DNA of 64,000 bases from the NCBI GenBank assembly GCA_965218555.1, contig OZ244625.1:2300968-2364967 (forward strand). Reading direction: 5' to 3'. The notes beneath the pieces were generated by a model. The model did no database searches. It saw only the letters and a program-made list of their open reading frames with translations, and was not told where the DNA came from. Below, in pieces: positions 17,095 through 26,232 of the stretch; positions within the stretch are counted from its first letter, which is position 1; each line of letters starts with the position of its first letter. The position numbers and the translations under genes were made by a program. Source of the DNA: Bryobacterales bacterium. Its GTDB lineage: Bacteria > Acidobacteriota > Terriglobia > Bryobacterales > UBA6623.

Positions 17095-17292
17095 CTAGCG
17101 AACGTCCCAAGCTGTTCCGGATTCGTAGTTGGCGTTGACGGGAAGGTTCTCCGGTTTGCCTTTCGTCAGAATGAGCTTGTGAATGAAGGTGTGCGCCTGG
17201 TTGACGATGGTGGCAAGGGCGGTTTCCTCCTTGCGGGTGAGCTTTTGTGTCACATACCATCGGCCTTTCCTCAGAAAGTGCTTGCGAATCAA
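17095..17292 (-). CDS. Hypothetical small protein (65 aa from a TTG start; frame open upstream to 17391)
   Basis: The sequence looks protein-like (RKHFLRKGRWYVTQKLTRKEETALATIVNQAHTFIHKLILTKGKPENLPVNANYESGTAWDV) and has a dedicated terminator. There is no ATG/GTG start and the upstream in-frame extension lacks one too. Confidence 0.4.
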   Translation of the reverse strand: MIRKHFLRKGRWYVTQKLTRKEETALATIVNQAHTFIHKLILTKGKPENLPVNANYESGTAWDVR

Positions 17293-17465
17293 AAGGCCGT
17301 CGCCGTGGCGCTGCCGAGGGTGCTCGGAGGGGCTGAATCTGAATCTCGCTTCCTGGCCGGGAGCGCCGAAGTCGATGACGCAGCATCGCCCTACTGGCAG
17401 TCACCGTTGCGGCTGCATCGGACTTAAAAATTCTTCTCCGGGAGCAGCTCGTCACGGTTCAACGA

Positions 17466-18068
17466 ATGCAGCGCGAGCTGCGCGCTCATCAGCCGAGCCG
17501 CTTTCATATGACGCCCAAGGACAGCCATGAACTCGTCGACGAGGGCGATACGGAGCCTCCAGTGCTAACCGGTACCGAGGACTTTGACCTTGCGAGCTTC
17601 CGCGCCGACATCCCGCAGCACCACCCGCTCGATATCGAGACAGCCCAACAGGTCCGCGACCTGATGAAGCAGGCAGAGGATGCACAGCTCGGCATCGCTG
17701 GCAAGCTGGTCATGTTGGCGTTGGGGAGGGTGGCGCTCAGGGTTAACCTGGTCAGCGCCACCATGCTCGGTGACGTCGATGAAGTTCAGCGGTGGGGCGG
17801 CGCGCTTGCGGATTTGCTCGACGACGAAGACCTCCCCCGGATCGACGACCTGCGGGGAGAGAACTCATTCACCGCATACGGCGATCTGTTCGTCTGGAAT
17901 CGCGGCGAGCCTCACAGCATCATGTTCACAACGGCTATGGCCCCAACGCTGATCGCTTCGGCCATCCCTGAGGCGATGGACCTGGAAGGCTTGCATCGCC
18001 AGCTTCTCACGGCGCTTGCCGACGAACTGACGCTACAGGCCAACGTGATGTGGGCTGCGGCGCCCTGA
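17466..18068 (+). CDS. Hypothetical acidic protein (200 aa; alternative start ATG 17508)
   Basis: Consistent G/C-ending codons throughout. No recognisable motif. First gene of a tightly packed plus-strand set. Confidence 0.6.
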   Translation: MQRELRAHQPSRFHMTPKDSHELVDEGDTEPPVLTGTEDFDLASFRADIPQHHPLDIETAQQVRDLMKQAEDAQLGIAGKLVMLALGRVALRVNLVSATMLGDVDEVQRWGGALADLLDDEDLPRIDDLRGENSFTAYGDLFVWNRGEPHSIMFTTAMAPTLIASAIPEAMDLEGLHRQLLTALADELTLQANVMWAAAP

Positions 18069-18088
18069 GCCTGTGCTAGGCTGTCGCG

Positions 18089-18313
18089 GTGAAGCCATCC
18101 CTACCGAAGGGTCACAGGGATATCACTTTCGAGGACATGGCACGCCTGACTTTCGACGAGGATGATAACCTGTGCTTGGACGGCAAGCCCATCGAGGTTA
18201 AGAAGATGACACTCACCAAAGGGCAGGCGATATTCGCCATCATGGCCGCTATCGGCACCACCCTTTGTGGCATCTCGGCTGCAATTTTGGTGTACCTGCA
18301 AATTGCAAAATGA
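18089..18313 (+). CDS. Small tail-anchored membrane protein (74 aa, GTG start)
   Basis: Soluble N-terminus (LTFDEDDNLCLDGKPIEVKK), then a TM helix AIFAIMAAIGTTLCGISAAILVYL. The stop overlaps the next start (ATGA). Confidence 0.55.
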   Translation: MKPSLPKGHRDITFEDMARLTFDEDDNLCLDGKPIEVKKMTLTKGQAIFAIMAAIGTTLCGISAAILVYLQIAK

Positions 18314-18555
18314 GAAAAGAATCACAGAACGGCTGCGATCATTGCCCGCACCCCATTCCGACGCCAGCTGGTTCTTCTCGCGACAAAAACCGGGAGTCCA
18401 TTTGGGAGGTCTGCTGCAAAGTCGGCTGCTGGAAGGTTCGGGAGCGTACCAGAATCAAGATGAAAGGGCGCGAATGGGAATACGGCCCTTGGAAGCACCC
18501 CACCGTTGAAATCCTTCCCCAACGGCATTGGCCCACCCCTTGTAACATTCAGTGA
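18310..18555 (+). CDS. Small Cys-rich, zinc-ribbon-like protein (81 aa)
   Basis: MRKESQNGCDHCPHP...EVCCKVGCWK, i.e. a CxxC knuckle plus CCxxxC. ATGA overlap with the upstream gene and TGATG overlap with the downstream mini-ORF. Confidence 0.5.
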   Translation: MRKESQNGCDHCPHPIPTPAGSSRDKNRESIWEVCCKVGCWKVRERTRIKMKGREWEYGPWKHPTVEILPQRHWPTPCNIQ

Positions 18556-18653
18556 TGGAAGGGCTGCTGCTGTTGCTCGCCGCGCTGATCTACTATTTCG
18601 GTCCGCTTGTGCTCGCCGTCTGTTTGCTGCTGTGGCTGAGCACCCGTCGCTGA
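18555..18653 (+). CDS. 32-aa hydrophobic mini-protein
   Basis: Not in the ORF track. MEGLLLLLAALIYYFGPLVLAVCLLLWLSTRR is a single TM helix with a positive C-terminus. The start overlaps the previous stop, and a terminator-like hairpin follows. Confidence 0.4.
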   Translation: MEGLLLLLAALIYYFGPLVLAVCLLLWLSTRR

Positions 18654-18668
18654 AAGCTATTGGTGGGT

Positions 18669-18694
18669 AAAACGGTATATAATCCCGTTTTTTT
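18669..18694 (+). terminator. Weak A/U-rich Rho-independent terminator ending the four-gene set
   Basis: AAAACGG-tatataatc-CCGTTTT followed by TTT. Confidence 0.45.
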
Positions 18695-18894
18695 CTCACC
18701 ACGCACTTTTCAGGCACTACTAAAAAGATCGGTGAGTACGTTTGAAACAGGTGTTAATCCGTGCTCTCCGGGCCGTCCTGAGCGTTTCAGCGAAAAAAGG
18801 CCCCATAGGTCTGCTGAAGCGGTGAGCGCGTCTCTCTGCGCGGCTGAGCGCGCACGGCGGTTATTTCGGTGAGGTGGTTTCCTCGAAGGGGACG

Positions 18895-18921
18895 AAAAAA
18901 AGGCGGGGCCGAAGCCCCGCC
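18895..18921 (-). terminator. Strong Rho-independent terminator
   Basis: Minus strand reads GGCGGGGC-ttcg-GCCCCGCC followed by TTTTTTT. It begins about 15 nt after the stop at 18937. Confidence 0.65.
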
Positions 18922-18936
18922 TGATAACGGCAGCCG

Positions 18937-19110
18937 TTAGGACTGCTGTTCGCCGTCCTGGTCGGCAGCGTTTCCGTTGGCGACCTCGAAAACCTTGGTG
19001 TGCGCCATGTCGGCGACCTTCGCCAAAACGAGCAGGTCGTCGCGGCCGAAGCTGGAAGTGGACTTCCAGTTGCCCTCGGCATCCTTGTAGATGCGCGAGA
19101 AGGTGACGTT
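18937..19110 (-). pseudogene. C-terminal remnant of a small protein (possibly PC4/YdbC-like) whose 5' end is replaced by the IS21 end
   Basis: The native part is NVTFSRIYKDAEGNWKSTSSFGRDDLLVLAKVADMAHTKVFEVANG... The first 32 codons of the 89-aa track ORF lie inside the IS21 left end (19111-19206). The family assignment is a weak pattern match only. Confidence 0.4.
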
Positions 19111-19218
19111 TGTAAGCGCCGGAGCGAAAATAGACCACAGGGCGGCCGTTTGAGGCCGCTGGTGGCGGAGCAAAACTAGACCGCCCGCCAGCATTTCATA
19201 AAACATTTTTGGGGTGTT

Positions 19219-20736
19219 TTGTGTGATGCAGGAGGGATGTACTCTGTGGAGCTGTACGCACGCGTTCGCCGAGCGGTCTTTGTCGAAGGGGTCAGCGAGA
19301 GAGAAGCGGCGCAGCGCTTCGGGCTGGCGCGCGAGACCGTGCGCAAGATGCTGCGCTACGCCGCGCCGCCGGGCTATCGGCGGCAGAAGCCGATTCGACG
19401 CCCGAAGCTCGACGCCTACACGCCGATCATCGACCAGATCCTGGAGACGGACCTAGCGCTGCCGAAGAAGCAACGGCACACGGCGAAACGTATCTTCGAA
19501 CGACTCCGAGACGAGCACGACTTCGCGGGCGGCTACACCATCATCAAAGACTACGTGCGGCTGAAGCGGACCTCGCAGCGCGAGATGTTCGTGCCGCTGA
19601 CGCATCCGCCGGGGCACGCCCAGGCGGACTTCGGCGAGGCGCAAGTGGAGATCGGCGGGGTGCTGGCGAAGGCGCACTACTTCGTCATCGATCTACCCCA
19701 CAGCGACGAGAGTTACGTGCGGGCATTTCCGGCCGAGACGACGGAAGCTTTCTTGGAGGGGCACGTCGAGGCGTTTCGCTACTGGGGTGGCGTGCCGCGA
19801 CGGATTCTCTACGACAACACAACGCTGGCGGTGGCGCGGATCCTAGGCGACGGGACGCGGCAGAAGACGCAGGCGTTCTCGGAGCTGCAGTCGCACTACT
19901 TGTTCGCAGAGCGTTTTGGGAGGCCGGGCAAGGGAAACGACAAGGGGAAGGTCGAGAACCTTGTGAAGGTCGCCCGACGGAGCTTCTTCGTACCGCGGCC
20001 CCGGTTCCCCAGTTGGGCAGCGTTGAACGTATGGCTGGAAGAGCAGTGCCGCAAGAGGCGAGAGCGCCGGCAACGCGGGCATCGAGAGAAGATCGGAGAG
20101 CGCTTCGAGCGTGATCGACAAGCGCTGTTAGCGCTGCCGGCAGCGGCGTATGAGGCCTGCGAGACACGTCCTGGGAGAGTGACGTCGTTGTCGCTGGTGC
20201 GCTACCACACCAACGACTACTCGGTGCCGACCAAGTACGGACACCGCCAAGTGCTCATCAAGGGCTATGTGGACAAAGTCGTCATCTGCGCCGGCAGCGA
20301 GGAGATCGCACGGCATCGGCGCAGCTATGGGCGTGAGGGGCTGATCTTTCACCCGCTGCACTATCTGGCCCTACTGGAGCGCAAGACCGGAGCACTCGAG
20401 CAAGCAGCGCCGCTGGAAGGCTGGCAGTTGCCCGAGGAGTTTGCTGGACTGCGCCGGCTGCTCGAAGCGCGGCTCGGCAAGGCTGGAGCTCGAGAGTATG
20501 TCCAGGTACTGCGTCTGCTCGAGGACGTTCCGCTCGAAGAAGTCCGTGCTGCCGTAGGGGACGCCTTACGGCTCGGCGCGATCTCTTTCGATGCCGTCAA
20601 GCATCTCGTGCTGTGTCGCATCGAACAGCGCCCACCCCGGCTGGAACTTGAGAATTATCCCCATCTGCCCACGGCGCGGGTGGCGAGGACCGCAGCGGCG
20701 GACTATCTGGCGCTGGTGGACGCGGGAGCCGAGTGA
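19219..20736 (+). CDS. istA: IS21-family transposase IstA (long form)
   Basis: HTH GVSEREAAQRFGLARETVRKML. DDE core HAQADFGEA...YFVIDLPHSD...LYDNT. The probable start is ATG 19237 (MYSVELYARVRR). Confidence 0.9.
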   Translation: MCDAGGMYSVELYARVRRAVFVEGVSEREAAQRFGLARETVRKMLRYAAPPGYRRQKPIRRPKLDAYTPIIDQILETDLALPKKQRHTAKRIFERLRDEHDFAGGYTIIKDYVRLKRTSQREMFVPLTHPPGHAQADFGEAQVEIGGVLAKAHYFVIDLPHSDESYVRAFPAETTEAFLEGHVEAFRYWGGVPRRILYDNTTLAVARILGDGTRQKTQAFSELQSHYLFAERFGRPGKGNDKGKVENLVKVARRSFFVPRPRFPSWAALNVWLEEQCRKRRERRQRGHREKIGERFERDRQALLALPAAAYEACETRPGRVTSLSLVRYHTNDYSVPTKYGHRQVLIKGYVDKVVICAGSEEIARHRRSYGREGLIFHPLHYLALLERKTGALEQAAPLEGWQLPEEFAGLRRLLEARLGKAGAREYVQVLRLLEDVPLEEVRAAVGDALRLGAISFDAVKHLVLCRIEQRPPRLELENYPHLPTARVARTAAADYLALVDAGAE

Positions 20737-21500
20737 CGGCCAAGCCGAAAGTGCTGCTGGAAGCGCAGCTGAAGGCGCTGCGGCTGCCGACCTTCCTGCG
20801 CGAGTACGACAAAGTGGCGCGGCAATGCGCGGCCGAAGGTCTGGACTGTCCGCGCTATCTGCTGCGACTCAGTGAGCTGGAGCTGCTCGATCGCGAACAG
20901 CGCGCCACCGAGCGCCGCATCAAGACCGCCAAGTTCCCGGTGCTCAAGAGCCTGGAGACCTTCGAGTTCCGCTCGATTCCGTCGCTGAACAAGAGCTTGG
21001 TCCTGGAGCTGGCGCGCTCGGAGTATCTGGATCGCAGAGAGAACGTGCTGGCGCTGGGCAACTCCGGTACGGGCAAGACGCACCTTGCCCTGGCGTTGGG
21101 GCTGGCCGCTTGTCAGAAAGGCTATCGGGTCCGCTTTGCCACCGCCGCGGCGCTGGTCCACGAGTTGCTCGAGGCGCGTGACGACAAACGTCTCCTGCGC
21201 TTGCAAAAACAGCTGGCCAAGCAAGACCTGCTGATCGTCGACGAGCTGGGCTACGTCCCCTTGTCGAAGACGGGCTCGGAGTTACTGTTCGAGATCTTCA
21301 GCCAGCGCTACGAGCGGGCCTCGACGCTGGTCACCTCGAACCTGCCCTTCAACGAGTGGACGGAGGTCTTCGGCTCCGAGCGGCTGACCGGCGCTTTGCT
21401 GGATCGTCTCACCCACCACGTCCATATCTTGGAGATGAACGCCGAGAGCTACCGTCTCCAGCACAGTAAGCGTTCCCGGAAGCGTTCTTCCTCCCCCTGA
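20733..21500 (+). CDS. istB: IS21-family helper ATPase IstB
   Basis: Walker A GNSGTGKTHLALALG and Walker B LLIVDELGY. C-terminus DRLTHHVHILEM. 4-nt overlap with istA. Confidence 0.9.
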   Translation: MTAKPKVLLEAQLKALRLPTFLREYDKVARQCAAEGLDCPRYLLRLSELELLDREQRATERRIKTAKFPVLKSLETFEFRSIPSLNKSLVLELARSEYLDRRENVLALGNSGTGKTHLALALGLAACQKGYRVRFATAAALVHELLEARDDKRLLRLQKQLAKQDLLIVDELGYVPLSKTGSELLFEIFSQRYERASTLVTSNLPFNEWTEVFGSERLTGALLDRLTHHVHILEMNAESYRLQHSKRSRKRSSSP

Positions 21501-21679
21501 TCCCCCCGCCCAGCCGCCGGCTGTTTCGAGGGGCTTCCACTACGTCCGGGGCCGCCTTAACAGGCGTCCCCCGACTTCGCTCCAGCCCCCAAAACAGCCG
21601 CTTTCAGAAACGAGTCCTATCCCCGAGATGGTCTACTTTTACTCCGCCCCAGTGGCCTAATTTTGCTCCGCCCTTGACA

Positions 21680-21884
21680 TGGATGGATTCCCGTCGTGCC
21701 GCCCCGTCGGACCCGTCTGGAGCCGTGGGAATACGACCACCGGCTCTACCGCCGCCGCAACGAAGTCGAGAGGCTCTTCCGGCGACGCAAGGGCTTCCGG
21801 CGCATCTTCTCGCGTTTCGATAAACTCGATGTGATGTTCCTCGCTTTCCTTCACTTCGCTCTTATCGTCGAGGCCCTGCGTTAG
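21680..21884 (+). pseudogene. IS5-family (IS427/IS1031-like) transposase C-terminal remnant
   Basis: GWIPVVPPRRTRLEPWEYDHRLYRRRNEVERLFRRRKGFRRIFSRFDKLDVMFLAFLHFALIVEALR matches the IP.R.NR...YD..Y..RN.VER.F..LK.FR.IATRYDK signature. It begins exactly at the IS21 right end. Confidence 0.7.
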
Positions 21885-21896
21885 TGTTGACACGCC

Positions 21897-22922
21897 CTAG
21901 TCCAATACGCCGAAGTCGTCCACGACTTCCCGGGCCAGATAGTTCTCTATCTCGGCTTCGTTGCGGGCGATTTCGAGGTAGGCAGCCCGGAGGAGTTGAT
22001 CTTTGCGGCTGCGGATCGTCTCGCGAATGGTCTGCTGGACTCGTGGGTCGGAATAGTCGCGCTGACCAGCCTGCTCCATCGAGATGAGCTTGACGATGCG
22101 GTATTCGTCTCCGGTCTTGATGATCGGCGAGACCTCGCCGGGAGAGAGCGAAGCGACGGCCTGACGAAGGCTGAGGTCCACCTGCTCGAGCGACGACTGC
22201 GGAATAAATCCCAGGTCCCCGCCGCTTGCGGTCGAGACCGGATCCTCGGAGTAGTTCTGCGCCAGCGTCGCGAACGCCTCACCGTCTTTTAACTGCGCTT
22301 CGATCATCTCGATCTTTTTTTTCGCGGCTTCCTCGTCGATGGCGTCGTCGTTCTGCAGATTGGGGACCGGCGTCTCGCTACGAGCCGTGACCAGGATCCA
22401 TGCCATGTGCACCTGCTGCTCTGGCAGGTTGAAGCTCCCAATGTTCCCCTCGTAGTACGTTCGCATCTGGGCCTCGTCGACCTGAATGCGCGAAGTGATT
22501 TGATGGTTCAGCAGCTTCTCGATCGTCAGGCTGCGGCGGAGCTCGTTTTTGAGATCCTCGACCGTGATCGCCCGTTCCTCAAGGTATCTGTCGAACTCGG
22601 CGTCTCCCTTGAAGCGCGATCGATATTCCTGATAGCTGTTCTCGACCTCCGCGTCAACGGCCATCAGTCCCAGCTTCTCGGCCAGATCGAGCATGATCTG
22701 GCGGTCGATTAACTCACCGAGCAGATTCAAGTGCATCATCCGCTCTTGATCCGCGGTCCCGAAGCTGGGAGAATCGCCGACTTGGCTTTGGTAGTACTTT
22801 TCGAGTTCAGCGCGCGTGATGCGGTAGCCGTTGACCCGCGCCGCCGCGCCGTCCATGAGGTTCCGGTCGCAAGCGCTCGTCCCCAAGACCAGCCCTACCC
22901 ACAGAATGGCGATGAGGCGCAT
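21897..22922 (-). CDS. SurA/PpiD-like periplasmic chaperone with parvulin-type PPIase domain
   Basis: Signal/lipoprotein-like MRLIAILWVGLVLGTSAC. SurA-N-like region (VNGYRITRAELEKYY). Parvulin motif AQNYSEDPVSTASGGDLGFI. Confidence 0.75.
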   Translation of the reverse strand: MRLIAILWVGLVLGTSACDRNLMDGAAARVNGYRITRAELEKYYQSQVGDSPSFGTADQERMMHLNLLGELIDRQIMLDLAEKLGLMAVDAEVENSYQEYRSRFKGDAEFDRYLEERAITVEDLKNELRRSLTIEKLLNHQITSRIQVDEAQMRTYYEGNIGSFNLPEQQVHMAWILVTARSETPVPNLQNDDAIDEEAAKKKIEMIEAQLKDGEAFATLAQNYSEDPVSTASGGDLGFIPQSSLEQVDLSLRQAVASLSPGEVSPIIKTGDEYRIVKLISMEQAGQRDYSDPRVQQTIRETIRSRKDQLLRAAYLEIARNEAEIENYLAREVVDDFGVLD

Positions 22923-22996
22923 GGACTCTTTTTGGCCCCCTGGGGCCGCGAGTATGGACAGTACTACCGCGAAACTCTACGAACGTGCCCGATGAA

Positions 22997-23467
22997 TCAA
23001 GTTGCTTCTTCGGGAGCCTTCTCGGCTCCCTCGACCGCTTCCGATTCCTCCTGCTGGCGTTTCAGGCGTTCTTCCTTGCGCTTACGCCTTTCTTCCACCC
23101 GCTTCTTCAGTTCGGTGCCGAGAATCTCGATGACTGCTTCCTCTGCGCCGTCGCCCTTGCGCGGTCCTAACCTGATCATCCGTGTGTAACCGCCGTTCTG
23201 CTGTGAGAACCGCGGCGCCAAGGTATCGAACAACTTCTTGACAGCCTCGGGCGTTTGCAGGAACGCGGCGGCCTGCCGACGGCTGTGGAGAGTATCCCGC
23301 TTGCCGAGTGTGATCATCTTTTCGACCCACGGCCGCACCGCTTTGGCCTTGGTGACCGTCGTGACGATGCGATCCCGCTCGATCACGCTGGTAGCAAGAC
23401 CCCGTAACAGCGCTCGACGCGCCGAGGGGTCCCGCTGCAGTTTGAATCCGCCTTTTCTATGTCTCAT
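22997..23467 (-). CDS. rplQ: 50S ribosomal protein bL17
   Basis: MRHRKGGFKLQRDPSARRALLRGLATSVI. Follows rpoA. Lys/Glu-rich C-terminal tail. Confidence 0.95.
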   Translation of the reverse strand: MRHRKGGFKLQRDPSARRALLRGLATSVIERDRIVTTVTKAKAVRPWVEKMITLGKRDTLHSRRQAAAFLQTPEAVKKLFDTLAPRFSQQNGGYTRMIRLGPRKGDGAEEAVIEILGTELKKRVEERRKRKEERLKRQQEESEAVEGAEKAPEEAT

Positions 23468-23484
23468 CGCGTCTCTCCCACGGC

Positions 23485-24498
23485 TCAGGCAGCGGGGGCG
23501 TCATCCTCTCCCTCGATCGTCGGAGGCGGCACCAGACGCCCGTGCTCGTCGAACAGCATGCCCAGGGACAGACCCATGGAGGCCAGAATCTCCTTGATCT
23601 CCATCAAGGACTTGCGGCCGAAATTCTTCGTCTTGAGCATATCGGCCCCGGTGCGGACCACTAAATCACCGATCGTCTGGATGTTCGCGTTCTTGAGGCA
23701 GTTATAGGACCGCACACTGAGTTCCAACTCCTCGACGGAGCGGTTCAGATACTCCTGGTACTGGTCGGTCGATGTATCGGCCGGAGCCTCCTCGGTCGCG
23801 GCTTCCTCTTCGAAGTTGATGAAGATCATCATATGGTCCTTCAACAGCTTCGCGGCCAAGCCGACGGCGTCCTGCGGCGGAAGGGCGCCGTTGGTCCAGA
23901 CCTCAAGCGTCAGCTTGTCGTAGTCGGTCATCTGGCCGAGCCGCGCGGCTTCGACCGAGTAGTTGACCTTGCGGACCGGCGAGTGAACGGAATCGATCGG
24001 GATGTACCCCAGCGCCAGGTCCTCGTCGAAATTCTTCTCGGCTCCGACGTAGCCGCGCCCGAGCTTGACCCGCATTTCGAGATCAAGGGTGCTGCCTTCG
24101 CTGACGGTGGCGATGTACTGTTTGGGGTCGAGAATCTCGACGTCGGAGTCGGCCTCGATCGCGCCGCTCAGAACCGGACCGGGTTCGGTCGCCCGAAGAC
24201 GAATGGTCCGCGCGCCTTCGCCATGGAGCTTGAGCGGAATCTGTTTGAGGTTGAGGATGATATCGGTTGCATCCTCAACCACGCCCGGGATGGGGCTGAA
24301 CTCGTGTGAGATACCCTCAATCCGAACGGCGGTGATCGCTGCACCCTCGATGGAGCTCAGCAGTGCCCGCCGCAGAGAATTCCCCACGGTCGTGCCGAAA
24401 CCTCTCTCGAACGGCTGGGCGCTGAAGCGGCCGAACGTATTACTCAGAGAATCGCCTTCGGCGGCCAAGCGTTTGGGCTTCTGAAATCCTTTCCACAT
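23485..24498 (-). CDS. rpoA: DNA-directed RNA polymerase subunit alpha
   Basis: 337 aa. N-terminal assembly domain and alpha-CTD ([24 protein letters not shown]). Confidence 0.95.
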   Translation of the reverse strand: MWKGFQKPKRLAAEGDSLSNTFGRFSAQPFERGFGTTVGNSLRRALLSSIEGAAITAVRIEGISHEFSPIPGVVEDATDIILNLKQIPLKLHGEGARTIRLRATEPGPVLSGAIEADSDVEILDPKQYIATVSEGSTLDLEMRVKLGRGYVGAEKNFDEDLALGYIPIDSVHSPVRKVNYSVEAARLGQMTDYDKLTLEVWTNGALPPQDAVGLAAKLLKDHMMIFINFEEEAATEEAPADTSTDQYQEYLNRSVEELELSVRSYNCLKNANIQTIGDLVVRTGADMLKTKNFGRKSLMEIKEILASMGLSLGMLFDEHGRLVPPPTIEGEDDAPAA

Positions 24499-24578
24499 GG
24501 TGGCTTTCCCCTATTCAACTCGAATGGCGTCCGGGACGCCAAAGGTGGTGAGTCGCAATCTCGTGTTCTCAGACAAAG

Positions 24579-25214
24579 CTATCTCGAATACAACTCGACG
24601 ATGAGTTGCTCGTTGATCGGAATCTGAACCAGCTCTTCCCGACGGGGCATTCCAATGACCTTCACCAACAGCTTTTCGCGGTCCACTTCCATCCAAGCGG
24701 TCGGTAGACTGCGGGAGGTCGCCTCGACCGAGGCCGCGATGCCTGAATGCTCGCGGCTCTTCTCTCGGATCTGAACCACATCGCCGGGTTTGACCAGGTA
24801 CGAAGGTATATCGGTCTTTTGACCATTAACCTCAATGTGACCGTGGCGGACGATCTGCCGCGCTTGTGGACGGCTGGTTCCCATTCCGGCGCGGTACATG
24901 ACGTTGTCGAGACGCCGTTCGAGAAGCGCCAGGAGATTCTCGCCGACCACACCCTTCATGTGCGCTGCCTTTTCGAAATAGCGGCGGAACTGGCGCTCCA
25001 ACACCCCGTAAATGCGTTTGACACGCTGTTTTTCCCGAAGCTGCAACCCGTAACCCATTAGCTTTCTGGGCCGCGCCGTCTTGCCATGCTGCCCCGGGAA
25101 ATAGTTGCGTTTTTCGATGGCGCAACTGGGGCCATAGCAGCGTTCCCCCTTCAGGAAGAGCTTCATCCCCTCCCTTCGGCAGAGCCTGCAAACCGGTCCG
25201 ACGTATCTTGCCAT
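24579..25214 (-). CDS. rpsD: 30S ribosomal protein uS4
   Basis: [26 protein letters not shown] from ATG 25214. The 78 upstream codons of the track ORF are not S4-like. Confidence 0.93.
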   Translation of the reverse strand: MARYVGPVCRLCRREGMKLFLKGERCYGPSCAIEKRNYFPGQHGKTARPRKLMGYGLQLREKQRVKRIYGVLERQFRRYFEKAAHMKGVVGENLLALLERRLDNVMYRAGMGTSRPQARQIVRHGHIEVNGQKTDIPSYLVKPGDVVQIREKSREHSGIAASVEATSRSLPTAWMEVDREKLLVKVIGMPRREELVQIPINEQLIVELYSR

Positions 25215-25287
25215 GAACTTGTGTTTCCCCCTCCCGAGAAGCTCGACTCGCGGGAGTGCCTTCGCGCGAGACCGAGTCGATCGCCGT

Positions 25288-25698
25288 TTAGACCCGTCTC
25301 CGTTTCGGCGGCCGGCAGCCGTTATGCGGAATCGGTGTAACGTCCTTGATGTGTCGTACTTCAATGCCTGCCGTCGCCAATGCCCGAATCGCGGATTCGC
25401 GTCCGCCGCCCGGCCCTTTGACGCGTACGTTGACGCGACGCAAGCCATGTTCCTTGGCGGCGTTCGCTGCGGTCAGACTGGCCTGCTGGGCGGCGAACGG
25501 CGTGCCTTTTTGGGAACCGCGGAATCCCAGCGAGCCTGCGCTCGACCACGAAATGACGTTCCCCTTGGCATCGCTGATCGTGACGATGGTGTTGTTGAAC
25601 GTCGCTTGGATGCTCACGAGCCCGTCGGGAATGTTCTTCCGGACCCGACTCTTGAACTTCTTGCCCTTCTTGCCGGTTTTCGCCTTTGTCTTAGCCAT
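25288..25698 (-). CDS. rpsK: 30S ribosomal protein uS11
   Basis: [46 protein letters not shown]. Confidence 0.95.
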   Translation of the reverse strand: MAKTKAKTGKKGKKFKSRVRKNIPDGLVSIQATFNNTIVTISDAKGNVISWSSAGSLGFRGSQKGTPFAAQQASLTAANAAKEHGLRRVNVRVKGPGGGRESAIRALATAGIEVRHIKDVTPIPHNGCRPPKRRRV

Positions 25699-25722
25699 AC
25701 GTCCTCACTGCCAACACCGCCG

Positions 25723-26106
25723 CTACTTCTTACCCGCCTTGTGCTTGCCTGCGATCGTACCCCGCTTCGGCCCCTTGCGCGTACGGGCGTTTGTATGCGT
25801 TCGCTGTCCGCGCACGGGCAGGCTCCGGCGGTGACGCAGTCCGCGGTAGCAACCGATCTCGATCAGGCGCCGGATGTTCATCTGCACTTCCTTACGCAGA
25901 TCACCCTCGACGGCGCCCTCTTCTTCGATGAGCTTACGGAGGTTCGTAATCTCTTCGTCGTTGAGATCGCCCATCTTCTTGCCAAAATCGATGCCGGCTC
26001 GATAGAGCAGCGAACGCGCCCGCGAGCGACCGATCCCATAGAGATAGGTCAGTGCGATCTCAGATCGTTTGTTGTTCGGCAAATCGACACCTTCTAAACG
26101 CGCCAT
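25723..26106 (-). CDS. rpsM: 30S ribosomal protein uS13
   Basis: [30 protein letters not shown]. Confidence 0.95.
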   Translation of the reverse strand: MARLEGVDLPNNKRSEIALTYLYGIGRSRARSLLYRAGIDFGKKMGDLNDEEITNLRKLIEEEGAVEGDLRKEVQMNIRRLIEIGCYRGLRHRRSLPVRGQRTHTNARTRKGPKRGTIAGKHKAGKK

Positions 26107-26118
26107 CTCGTACCTCCC

Positions 26119-26232
26119 TCAGCCCTGGCGCTGCTTGTGCTTCGGGTTGCTGCACAGCACGCGCACAACACCCTTGCGCCGGACGATTTTACAGTCCTTA
26201 CACATCTTCTTGACCGATGCCCGAACTTTCAT
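26119..26232 (-). CDS. rpmJ: 50S ribosomal protein bL36
   Basis: Not in the ORF track. My translation is [41 protein letters not shown] overlap with the infA stop. Confidence 0.9.
   Translation of the reverse strand: MKVRASVKKMCKDCKIVRRKGVVRVLCSNPKHKQRQG

Larger units (their letters stand above)
19111..21679 (+). mobile_element. Second, different IS21-family insertion sequence (istA-istB), complete, without target-site duplication
   Basis: Left end TGTAAGCGCCGGAGCGAAAATAGACC versus the reverse complement of the right end TGTCAAGGGCGGAGCAAAATTAGGCC. Additional subterminal repeats (GGCGGAGCAAAACTAGACC at 19163-19181; GGGGCGGAGTAAAAGTAGACC complement near 21630-21650). The flanks GTGACGTT and TGGATGGA do not match. 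Confidence 0.8.

Noticed and set aside
15543-17292. The series of small same-strand ORFs, each followed by an inverted repeat, as integron gene cassettes with attC sites.
   Set aside because: There is no integrase and no GTTRRRY core sites at the hairpin flanks. The hairpins are short GC stems followed by T-runs (terminators). At least two ORFs have their own SD/leader.
16967-17455. The 162-aa minus-strand ORF and the 114/115-aa plus-strand ORFs in the same region.
   Set aside because: They have Arg/Ser/Pro-rich non-protein-like composition. The alternative minus frame (17095-17292) looks protein-like and is followed by a terminator.
24579-25448. N-terminally extended versions of rpsD (289 aa), map (26445-27521, 358 aa), rplD (231 aa), rpsL (136 aa), adk (240 aa) and the CRTAC1-like gene (620 aa) as given by the ORF track.
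   Set aside because: In each case an internal start coincides with the conserved N-terminus of the family, or with a signal peptide. The upstream codons overlap the preceding gene or are compositionally aberrant.
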